Positions 53,256-64,000 of a stretch of 64,000 nt of DNA are shown here, piece by piece. The notes under the pieces were generated by a model. The model was given only the letters and a program-made list of their open reading frames with translations. It made no database searches and had not been told where the DNA came from. Numbering within the stretch: position 1 is the first letter of the stretch; each line of letters begins with the position of its first letter. The stretch lies in assembly GCA_964016885.1 (NCBI GenBank), contig OZ024752.1, forward strand, positions 19,592,001 through 19,656,000, written 5' to 3'. The stretch is from Eledone cirrhosa. Its lineage: Eukaryota. The position numbers and the translations under genes are program-made.

Positions 53256-53432
53256 GTATGTATGTATATATATATGTATATATATATATGTATATATGTA
53301 TATATATATGTATATATATATATGTATATATGTATATATATATGTATATATATATATGTATATATATGTACATATATATACGTATATATATGTATGTATA
53401 TATGTATGTATATATATATGTATATATATATG

Positions 53433-54042
53433 TGTCAGGTCACCAGTTGGTGCTACTGGTAACATGTATCCCAGTACAACCTGTCTCATGGTCGGGTCGT
53501 TGGCGACTAAACTGGCAACCCCACCAAGTTTTCTTGGTGAGGAGGGTGACTTTGGACATCCTGCAGGACTAAAAACAAAACCTGTCAAAGGGCAAAGGAG
53601 CTCTTAAGAGTCAATGGCCATCCAAAATCACCGGGAGAGATGACCCCTTAGCCTTTGTCAAGGCAGAATTCTAGGAGAAGGAAAACTCTGATATAACACC
53701 TGCAACCCTGATGGTATCCAATGATGTTGACTTGTTCTTCTTTTTGGTAAATATCATCTTGGTTAAGAGAGTGGGACTGGCTTTGTGCAGTGCCTTTGCT
53801 CACTATAAAAGTTTCACGGCACAGGCATTGCTTTATATCTGGAGATCTCTCTGCACTTGTCGTCACATGGTACCATGGGCCCAGCACTATGTGTCAATAA
53901 TTGTCACAAGTGTAGTGTTTGTACCAAAGTTTTCAAGTCGCTGGCTGGACTAAAAAGTCACACTCGTTCAACGCATCGGTAGGGGTTCTCCTACATGGAT
54001 ATAAAGTAGTGGCCGTACTCGAAAACGAGTTGGCAGCCACCA
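53433..54042 (+). mobile_element. Non-autonomous repeat, complete copy
   Basis: Inverted partner of 44200-44810. Confidence 0.85.
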
Positions 54043-54248
54043 TATATATATGTACATATATATGTATATATATATATGTACATATATATGTATATATATA
54101 TGAATATAGACATAGAATATTCGAAAATATTCTGTATGTTTATAATAAACATTTTGAAGACCTAATCGCTATAGAATAGAATACGTCACGTATTACAATT
54201 AGCAGTTCCTGTACACAGCTAAGTATTCTATAAGTCTCTAGCTGTGTC

Positions 54249-54337
54249 ATTCTCGATAAAAGCACTGGATATGTAGTCCTGAAGATTTCTAACAAGAATG
54301 AAACGCGTAGATTACTTCCCTTGCTTTTATCGAGAAT
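54249..54337 (+). ncRNA. Type I hammerhead with extended stem I (copy 1)
   Basis: GTAGTC-CTGAAGA-TTTCT/AGAAT-GAAA-CGCG-TA-GATTAC plus a perfect 16-bp distal stem, 54249-54264 / 54322-54337. Confidence 0.88.
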
Positions 54338-54558
54338 CTAATTGTAATACGTGACGTATTCTATTCTATAGCGATTAGGTCTTCAAAATGTTTATTATAA
54401 ACATACAGAATATTTTCGAATATTCTATGTCTATATTCACATATATATCGCTATTTCAGAGCATTTATTCCAATTTCTAATTTCTGCCGGACCGGCAACC
54501 GCTCTTTCAAACCAGTTCCTGTACACAGCTAAGTATTCTATAAGTCTCTAGCTGTGTC

Positions 54559-54647
54559 ATTCTCGATAAAAGCACTGGATATGTAGTCCTGAAGATTTCT
54601 AACAAGAATGAAACGCGTAGATTACTTCCCTTGCTTTTATCGAGAAT
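54559..54647 (+). ncRNA. Type I hammerhead with extended stem I (copy 2)
   Basis: Identical to copy 1, offset +310 nt. Confidence 0.88.
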
Positions 54648-54783
54648 CTAATTGTAATACGTGACGTATTCTATTCTATAGCGATTAGGTCTTCAAAATG
54701 TTTATTATAAACATACAGAATATTTTCGAATATTCTATGTCTATATTCACATATATATCGCTATTTCAGAGCATTTATTCCAG

Positions 54784-54815
<32 letters not shown>

Positions 54816-55111
54816 TATCGTTTTCGGTGCACCCGGCCGATTAACCCACTCAATATGCAAATTGGGCTACTCAGCCGTTAATATGCATAAGGTAGGTATA
54901 TACGTTCAACAATCTGGCAGGAAGGTATACGTTGCTGTGGATAGCTAATAAGCTTGAAACTAGTACAGCGTTCCTTTGTCAGTGTTGAACAAACGAACCG
55001 AGCATTATAATAAATGTTCGGTGAATCCATACGTACATATATATATGTGTGCATGTATGTATATATATATACATACTACTGTACGTCTGTATACATATAT
55101 GTATGTACGTG

Positions 55112-57342
55112 TCATCATCATCATCATCATCACCGTTTTACGTCCGTTCTTCCACGCTAGCATGGGTTAGATGGGTTGTCCTGTTGTGGGCAGTGTCTGG
55201 TCGGCTAACCATGCCTTGCTCATACAGGAACTGATTTGGCTTGATTTCTACAGCTGGATACCCTTCCTAACACCAACCTCATTTACAGTGAGTGCTGGGT
55301 GCTTTTTCGTGGCGCCTACACGTCCACTTTACAGTGTGGGCTGGGTGCATTTTTGCCGTGGGACCTCCACGACTACCTTGCGGTGGGGGGTGTGGGGGCA
55401 TATTGTCTATATGCTTCAGCTTGTACCCATGGGAGGTCGGGTACCCTGTATTACTGCGTGACGCCAGAAGTCACGGTCGTGTGTCATTGTCTTTGAGAGG
55501 TGTAGTTGGGTAAGGTCGGCTTTTATCACCTCATCCCAAGTCATCTTGGGTCTCCCCACTCCGCGGTTTCCATCGACTTCTAGTGCTCTGCACCTTTTTA
55601 TGCAGCTGTCATCCTTCATACGCATCACATGTCCATACCAGCGCAATCGCCTCTCCTGCACACAGCATTTGATTCCTCTTATGCTCAGTCTCTCTCTCAA
55701 TTCATTTATGCTTTGTCGTTCACGTATATTACTGTTACACATCCATCGGAGCATGCAGGCTTCGTTTCTCTCTAATCTACGTAAGTCTTCCACCTTCAGC
55801 GCCCAGGTCTCACTACCATGCAACATTGCTGTTCGGATACACGCATCATACAGTCTGCCTTTCATTCTGAGGGAGACGCCTTTTGCAGCTAGCAGTGGTA
55901 GTAGTTCCCTAAACTTCTTCCATCCCGTTCTTACCCTAGTTATTGTACTTTCTGAACACCGACCTCCACTGCTAATTCGGTCACCTAGGTAGCAGAAGCT
56001 GTCTACTGTCTCTACAGAGCCCTCCCAGAGATTGGTGGTACTTGTTTCCTGTGGCTGTTTGCTGCTTGCTATCCCAGCACAGCTGCTGCATGTGAAGCCT
56101 ACATTCTTAATTAAGCTTCTTGAGATCCCGCTACATCTCTTGTGTACCCATTGTTTGCATTTGGGGCAGAGAATGGAGTTCCTACCTACACCTTTCCTAC
56201 ATACTGAGCAAGGCCATTTCCCTGAGGGGATCTGGGTTCTGTTTTCTCGTCTACTTACAAGGACCTTAATCTTTGTCATGTTGACTTTGAGACCCTTTCT
56301 TTCCAAGTTTGGAATTTATTCTCTAGTTCTACCATAGATTCAGCTCTGAGTGCGAGGTCATCAGCATACAGGAGTTCCCATGGGCATCCAGTCTTAAACT
56401 CCTCTGTTATTGCCTGCAAGACTATGATGAACAGGAGGGGGCTAAGAACAGAGCCCTGGTGGACTCCAACCTGTACGCTAAATTCCTCGCTATACTCATT
56501 GCTAATCCTAACTTTGCTGATGCTCCCCTATACATGGCTTGTACCGCTTTCACAAGCCATTCATCTACTCCTAGTTTTCTAAGAGCCCACCATATTACAG
56601 CACGTGGAACTCTGTCAAAGGCTTTCTCAAGGTCGACAAATGCCAAGTAGAGTGGCTTACTTTTAGCTAGGTACTTTTCCTGTAACTGCCTCACAAGGAA
56701 GAGGGCATCAGTGGTACCTCTTCCTGGTACAAACCCAAATTGCATCTCGTCTATTTTCACCCGGTCCCTAATCAACTGTGCTATAATTCTTTCTGTTACT
56801 TTCATGACCTGGTCCATCAACTTTATACCTCTATAGTTTCCTCTATCTAGTGCATCGCCTTTACCTTTGTAGCAGTTGACAATGATGCTACTGCACCAAT
56901 CTTTTGGTATGACACCTTCTAGTATTACCTGGTTAACAATACGTGTGGTTATAGTGTGACCTACAGACCCAGATGCCATCAGCATCTCGGCAGCTATACC
57001 CGATGGACCGGTTGCCTTCCCCATCTTCATATCTTTGATTGCCCTACTTACTACGTTGCTGCTGACTTGTACTGCTGGCCCCCTATAGGGTCTACTTGGG
57101 GTAGGGTCTCTTCTTCCCATGCATTCTCCTCATTTAGTGATCTATCATAATGACTCTTCCATGCATCTTTCTTCTGAGCACTTGTGAGGGCAAGCTCACC
57201 TTTATCATTCCGGATACACTTCTCTCCAATGACATCACAATTCTCTCTGACATGCTGCCTCGCAATCTTGAACACCTCCTGTTTCTGGTCCTCACGTTGC
57301 AAAACATGCTTGAATTTTCTATCCTCTGCTTCCCTCCTAACT
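55112..57342 (-). mobile_element. RTE subfamily C, 5'-truncated and frameshifted
   Basis: ORFs 57051-57302, 56422-57120 and 55416-56306; 3'UTR as in 9899-10206. Confidence 0.95.
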
Positions 57343-57452
57343 ATATGCTATAAATATAAGTGTACATACTTATATTTAAGTAACAGCCGTACTAAGAGTG
57401 GGAAATGAAATTTCGTTTCATTTTTTCTGTTTATATATATAATATATATATG

Positions 57453-57500
<48 letters not shown>

Positions 57501-57582
57501 TATATATATATATATATATATATGTAAATATATATATATATATATATATATATACTTATATATATATACATATATATATATA

Positions 57583-58590
57583 CATCATCATCATCATCAA
57601 CGTTTAACGTCCGTGTTCCACGCTTGCATGGGTTTGGACGGGGGTAGTCCCACTTGAGGCAAGAGTGATTGTCTTGCTCGCATAGGACTGTCTGGCAGGT
57701 TTTCTACAGTTGGATGCCCTTCCTAACACCAACCACATTTACAGTGTGGGTCTGGGAGGTTTTTACCGTGTTGCCTACACCGCCACATTACAGCGTGGAC
57801 TGTGTGTTTTTTTGTCGTGACACCTACACGATCTCATTTGTTTCGGCCTGGATGGCGCGGCACCAACATAACTTTACATAGAACGGGGTGGTGTGGATCG
57901 GGTGGGGGTGGTGGTGGTGGGACGGGGTGTATTTTGTTAGAGATGCCTACTGGCTGGAGTAGGTTTTACTATATATTTAGGTAAGGCGGGTCTTCTCTGT
58001 TACTGAGTACCGCCAAAGGTCTCGGTCCAGTGACATTGTCTTGGAGAGGTGTAAGTGTGTGATGTCGGAGTTTATCAGCTCGTCCCAGGTTTTTCTAGGT
58101 CTGCCTATTCCGTGACTACCGTCTATCTTTATTGCCCTGCACTTTGTTATACAGCTATCGACTTTCATGCGCATCACGTGTCCATACCAACGTAGCCTTC
58201 TCTCGAGTAAACAACATCTGATCCCTCTTATCTCTAATTTTTTCCTTAGTTCATTTCTGCTTTGCCGTTCACGTATATTACTGTTACACATCCAGCGGAG
58301 CATGCAAGCTTCGTTCCTCTCTAGTCTGCGTATATCCTCTGCACACAATGCCCAGGTCTCACTGCCATGCAACATTGCTGTTCGTATGCAGGCATCGTAC
58401 AACCTGCCTTTCATTTTTAGGGAGAACCCTTTAGCAGCTAATAGTGGTATAAGCTCTCTGAACTTTTTCCAACCAGTTCTGACTCTAGCTACAGTACTTT
58501 CAGAGCACCCTCCCCCACTGCTGATTTTATCGCCCAGGTAACGGAAGCTGTCCACTATTTCTATAGAACCCTCTGCGCAATTGAAAGAGG
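57583..58590 (-). mobile_element. RTE subfamily A, 5'-truncated
   Basis: Near-identical to 1154-2160; (TA)n flanks. Confidence 0.95.
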
Positions 58591-58639
58591 TACATATATA
58601 TATATATATACTTATATATACATACATATATATATATAC

Positions 58640-58699
<60 letters not shown>

Positions 58700-58701
<2 letters not shown>

Positions 58702-58820
58702 GTTATTCCGGGTTGAATCGGAGGTAACCACAGTAAGTAAGGTACTCAAAACATAGCAGAGTATAAAAGTTTTAATATAGATGAGATTCTAGTCCTGTAG
58801 AATCTCATCTATATTAAAAC
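58700..58820 (-). repeat. Penelope-type stub: hairpin 58769-58820 plus tail
   Basis: GTTTTAATATAGATGAGATTCTA / TAGAATCTCATCTATATTAAAAC; tail homologous to 50450-50530. Confidence 0.8.
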
Positions 58821-58971
58821 CTATATATATATATATATACTTATATATATATACATATATATATATATAAGTATTGAAATTTCCGTTGAAAACAGAAAAG
58901 GTCATAGAAGTGAAGAGTGCTCTATGTAAGTACCCTAGCAAAATTTAATGTATAAAAATCAATACAATATA

Positions 58972-59049
58972 ATTACCTCATTACCAGAGGTTTCCCGAAT
59001 GAGGCGAATACGAAAGAAACGTCTTCATTCGTTCGTCAGACGAGGCAAT
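58972..59049 (-). ncRNA. Type I hammerhead ribozyme
   Basis: ATTGCCTCGT-CTGACGA-ACGAATGA/TCATTCGG-GAAA-CC-tct-GG-TA-ATGAGGTAAT; 10-bp stem I. Confidence 0.85.
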
Positions 59050-59389
59050 ATAAAACATGGGTAAATACTTGGAAAGTCTCATCAAGAAAAGCAAAAAAAA
59101 AAAAAAATATAGCCAAATGAATTAGAATATGAAATATATAAAAATCTTTCAAGAAATATAGTTAGGTGTGTGTATATGTATGTATATACGCTCACAGATG
59201 TGCATATATGTGTATGCACATATGTATACGTATAGTGAAAAAGTGTGCGTAAATATATAATTTAGGGCAAATGTATCTGTATGTCTGTAATCTACAGACA
59301 GAATAGATACATCATAAGAATATGAAGGCACGCGCATAAACACACCTACACACACGTACACTTAGATGCGGAAGTAAAGTAAACAAGAC

Positions 59390-60030
59390 CAGTCACTGTA
59401 GCATCACAAAAGAATGGTCTAATTAATCCTCTTGATGTAATGCCACACCACACAGTATCTTCTGCCAAATTAACTTCATGTTCCAATGTAACATGTGGAT
59501 TTTTAGGCCCCCATTATGTGCAGTTTGCGATGGTTAATTGAACCATTTAATTTAAATGTAGCCTCATCCTTCCACACAACTTGTGTCGGAAAGCATGTAT
59601 CTTCTAAGCATATTGCCAAGTCTCATTTGCAATACTCTATTCTTCCATCTGGATCATCTTCCTTGATAGCAAGGACTAATGTAGGGATATAACTTTTCCA
59701 ATTGCAGCCCTTTAAAATGTGATGGACAGATGTTTTTTGAAATGCCTGTGTCATGGCTTGCTACAAAGATTTCTCAGACTTCTGTGAACACTTTCCAGTG
59801 ACTTTTCTTGTTTTCTAGGGTTTGTTGATATCTGTGGTCTTCCAGAACAGTTCATGTGTATATAATGTACAGTCCCATTAGATTCAAACTTATTAATGAT
59901 TCGAGAGAGGGTTAGCCACGTAGGTGGGTCTGACAGTAATTATCTTCCATACTGTCTTTTGACTTCAACTGTGTTTTCATACTTCCATATTTTAGTCGGT
60001 CATATCGATCTCAGTATTTTTTTCAGAATT
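59390..60030 (-). pseudogene. Tc1/mariner-superfamily transposase relic
   Basis: Manual translation WKYENTVEVKRQY..DPPTWLTLSRIINKFESNGTV..SGRP, then [15 protein letters not shown] and TVWCGI. Confidence 0.75.
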
Positions 60031-60465
60031 GCTACTTATTTTATTTAAGAACCTTTTCTCTAAGCACCAACTTAATAAATATTATTAAATCCCTTTAATT
60101 TCATTTTTATTTTCAAAATAATTTGAAAATCACAGACAGCATCTTTCATTAGAAATATGGTAACGAAAGGGTTAATGACATAGACAGTGTCTTTCATTAG
60201 AAATATGGTAACGAAAGGGTTAACTCAACAGCTTGTTATGCTACTGAACCAAGGGGAAATACGCTTAACAACTAATTGCATTCCCTCAACAGGTAACGAG
60301 CACGATTAAAGCTTGGTGGAATTCTTTAGTTTAAAACAGGTAATTAAACAAAGTTTTAAAAAATGAAACATTATATTCAGGAGAGACAACCAGTGAAGCA
60401 TAAGTTGTTATTATGTCCTGTCTCATTCTCATTCTGATTACTTGTAAAAATAACTCATTGAATCA

Positions 60466-61447
60466 TCCACCTTCACCACCACCACCACCACCACCACCAC
60501 CATCACCAGCACTACCACCACCACCACCACCACCACCAACATCATCTTATTCATCACCACCACCATCACTACAACCATCATCACCACCAACACCATCATC
60601 TTTATCACCACCAACACCATCACAACCATCACTATCATCACCACCACCACTACCCCCCCCCCCCCCACACACACACACTACGATCAATCCCCCACCATCA
60701 CTATCACCACCACCACCACCATCACCCCCCCCACTATCACCACCACCACCACCACCACCACCTCCACCATCACCACCACCACCACACTCACCATCATCAC
60801 TATCAACCCACCAACCAACCACCCAGCCAACCAACCAATCAACTAACCAGCCAGCCAACCAAACAACCGACCAAACAACAAACCAGCCAACCAACCAAAC
60901 AACCAACCAACTAAACAACCAACCACCCAACCAAACAACCAACCAAATAACCATCTAAACAACCAACCAAGCAACCAACTAAACAACCAGCCAACCAACC
61001 AGCCAACCAAACAACCAACCAACCAACCAAACAACCAACCAAGTACCAACCAACCAAACAACCATGTAACCAAACAACCAAGCAACCAACCAAGCAAACA
61101 ACCAAACAACCAACCAACCAAGCAACCAACCAAATAACCAACCAGCCAAACAACCAACCAAACCAACCAGCCAACAAACCAAACAACCAACCAACCAGCC
61201 AAACAACCAACCAACCAACCAAACAACCAACCACCTACCCAGCCAACCAACCAACCAACCAGCCAAACAACCAACCAAACAACCAACCAGCCAGCCAATC
61301 AACCAACCAGCCAACAAACCAAACAACCAACCAACCAACCAAACAACCAACCACCCACCCAGCCAACCAACCAACCAACCAGCCAAACAACCAACCAAAC
61401 AACCAACCAGCCAGCCAATCAACCATCCAAACAACCAGCCAACCAAC
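60466..61447. repeat. Compound (CCA/TCA)n then (CAAC)n low-complexity tract
   Basis: Direct reading. Confidence 0.95.
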
Positions 61448-64000
61448 CTCTCTTTTACTGCATTGTAGGCAGGAAGGAATCTCTCTCTTTCACTGCAGTG
61501 TAGGCAGGAAGGAATCTCTCTCTTTTACTGCAGTGTAGACAGGAAGGAGTCTCTCTCTTTTACTGCAGTGTAGGCAGAAAGGAATCTCTCTCTTTCACTG
61601 CAGTGTAGGCAGAAAGGAGTCTCTCTCTTTCACTGCAGTGTAGGCAGAAAGGAATCTCTCTCTTTCACTGCAGTGTAGGCAGAAAGGAGTCTCTCTCTTT
61701 TACTGCAGTGTAGGCAGAAAGGAATCTCTCTCTTTCACTGCAGTGTAGGCAGGAAGGAATCTCTCTCTTTTACTGCAGTGTAGGCAGGAAGGAATCTCTC
61801 TCTTTTACTGCAGTGTAGGCAGGAAGGAATCTCTCTCTTTCACTGCAGTGTAGGCAGAAAGGAGTCTCTCTCTTTCACTGCAGTGTAGGCAGAAAGGAAT
61901 CTCTCTCTTTCACTGCAGTGTAGGCAGGAAGGAGTCTATCTCTTTCACTGCAGTGTAGGCAGGAAGGAATCTCTCTCTTTCACTGCAGTGTAGGCAGGAA
62001 GGAATCTCTCTCTTTCACTGCAGTGTAGGCAGAAAGGAGTCTCTCTCTTTCACTGCAGTGTAGGCAGAAAGGAATCTCTCTCTTTCACTGCAGTGTAGGC
62101 AGAAAGGAGTCTCTCTCTTTCACTGCAGTGTAGGCAGAAAGGAATCTCTCTCTTTCACTGCAGTGTAGGCAGGAAGGAATCTCTCTCTTTTACTGCAGTG
62201 TAGGCAGGAAGGAATCTCTCTCTTTCACTGCAGTGTAGGCAGGAAGGAATCTCTCTCTTTCACTGCAGTGTAGGCAGAAAGGAGTCTCTCTCTTTCACTG
62301 CAGTGTAGGCAGAAAGGAATCTCTCTCTTTCACTGCAGTGTAGGCAGGAAGGAATCTCTCTCTTTTACTGCAGTGTAGGCAGGAAGGAATCTCTCTCTTT
62401 CACTGCAGTGTAGACAGGAAGGAGTCTCTCTCTTCCACTGCAGTGTAGGCAGGAAGGAGTCTCTCTCTTTCACTGCAGTGTAGACAGGAAGGAATCTCTC
62501 TCTTTCACTGCAGTGTAGACAGGAAGGAGTCTCTCTCTTCCACTGCAGTGTAGGCAGGAAGGAGTCTCTCTCTTTCACTGCAGTGTAGACAGGAAGGAAT
62601 CTCTCTCTTTCACTGCAGTGTAGGCAGGAAGGAATCTCTCTCTTTCACTGCAGTGTAGGCAGGAAGGAATCTCTCTCTTTCACTGCAGTGTAGGCAGGAA
62701 GGAATCTCTCTCTTTTACTGCAGTGTAGGCAGGAAGGAATCTCTCTCTTTCACTGCAGTGTAGGCAGGAAGGAATCTCTCTCTTTCACTGCAGTGTAGGC
62801 AGAAAGGAGTCTCTCTCTTTCACTGCAGTGTAGGCAGAAAGGAATCTCTCTCTTTCACTGCAGTGTAGGCAGGAAGGAATCTCTCTCTTTTACTGCAGTG
62901 TAGGCAGGAAGGAATCTCTCTCTTTCACTGCAGTGTAGACAGGAAGGAGTCTCTCTCTTCCACTGCAGTGTAGGCAGGAAGGAGTCTCTCTCTTTCACTG
63001 CAGTGTAGACAGGAAGGAATCTCTCTCTTTCACTGCAGTGTAGGCAGGAAGGAATCTCTCTCTTTCACTGCAGTGTAGGCAGGAAGGAATCTCTCTCTTT
63101 CACTGCAGTGTAGGCAGAAAGGAGTCTCTCTCTTTCACTGCAGTGTAGGCAGAAAGGAATCTCTCTCTTTCACTGCAGTGTAGGCAGAAAGGAGTCTCTC
63201 TCTTTCACTGCAGTGTAGGCAGAAAGGAATCTCTCTCTTTCACTGCAGTGTAGGCAGGAAGGAATCTCTCTCTTTCACTGCAGTGTAGGCAGAAAGGAGT
63301 CTCTCTCTTTCACTGCAGTGTAGGCAGGAAGGAGTCTCTCTCTTTCACTGCAGTGTAGGCAGGAAGGAATCTCTCTCTTTCACTGCAGTGTAGGCAGGAA
63401 GGAGTCTCTCTCTTTCACTGCAGTGTAGGCAGGAAGTAGTCTATCTCTTTCACTGCAGTGTAGGCAGAAAGGAGTCTCTCTCTTTCACTGCAGTGTAGGC
63501 AGGAAGGAATCTCTCTCTTCCACTGCAGTGTAGGCAGAAAGGAGTCTCTCTCTTTCACTGCAGTGTAGGCAGGAAGTAGTCTATCTCTTTCACTGCAGTG
63601 TAGGCAGAAAGGAGTCTCTCTCTTTCACTGCAGTGTAGGCAGAAAGGAGTCTCTCTCTTTTACTGCAGTGTAGGCAGAAAGGAGTCTCTCTCTTTCACTG
63701 CAGTGTAGGCAGGAAGGAGTCTCTCTCTTTCACTGCAGTGTAGGCAGGAAGGAGTCTCTCTCTTTCACTGCAGTGTAGGCAGAAAGGAGTCTCTCTCTTT
63801 CACTGCAGTGTAGGCAGAAAGGAGTCTCTCTCTTTCACTGCAGTGTAGGCAGAAAGGAGTCTCTCTCTTTCACTGCAGTGTAGACAGGAAGGAGTCTCTC
63901 TCTTTCACTGCAGTGTAGGCAGGAAGGAGTCTCTCTCTTTCACTGCAGTGTAGGCAGAAAGGAGTCTCTCTCTTTCACTGCAGTGTAGGCAGAAAGGAGT
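61448..64000. repeat. 35-bp minisatellite/satellite, about 73 copies, running off the window end
   Basis: Unit CTCTCTCTTTCACTGCAGTGTAGGCAG(G/A)AAGGA(A/G)T with no spacers. Confidence 0.98.

Larger units (their letters stand above)
54101..54782 (+). mobile_element. Retrozyme-like tandem: inverted arm plus ~1.9 units of 310 nt, each with an HHR
   Basis: 54203-54472 is repeated at 54513-54782; 54101-54202 is the reverse complement of 54338-54439. Confidence 0.85.

Noticed and set aside
53433-53525. HDV-like ribozyme at the 5' end of the 610-bp repeat (also checked at the RTE-B 5' end, ~34550-34625)
   Set aside because: Could not assemble P1, P1.1 and P3 convincingly by eye; needs a descriptor search
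60413-61446. Pro-rich and WLVG-repeat ORFs
   Set aside because: Translations of (CCA)n/(CAAC)n simple repeats with no splice or homology support
61448-64000. CRISPR-like array
   Set aside because: Contiguous repeats without unique spacers, no cas genes, eukaryotic context

Overview
Eukaryotic, AT-rich, repeat-saturated DNA, most likely from an octopus (inferred from the SINE/LINE families and the (TA)n load, not proven). The only host coding sequence I can support is two minus-strand exons (15104-15249, 3574-3754) of a DRAM/TMEM150-family gene, so most or all of the window is probably intronic. The rest is about 15 RTE-clade LINE copies from several subfamilies (most with a C4HC3 PHD finger inside the RT), one RTE-X-like LINE, two coding Penelope-like elements (GIY-YIG, probably Naiad clade), two tRNA-SINE families, piggyBac/hAT MITEs, Helitron ends, a Tc1/mariner relic and a terminal 35-bp satellite. 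The main hidden signal is about 20 type I hammerhead ribozyme (HHR) motifs from roughly a dozen sequence families. They sit in short non-coding Penelope-type modules with a recurrent [inverted arm][HHR][tail] layout, inserted at (TA)n. Two unrelated families carry a compensatory U3-A8 core, and one locus is a 310-nt tandem HHR dimer (retrozyme-like, possible circRNA). All ribozymes were folded by eye, activity is untested, and element boundaries are approximate.
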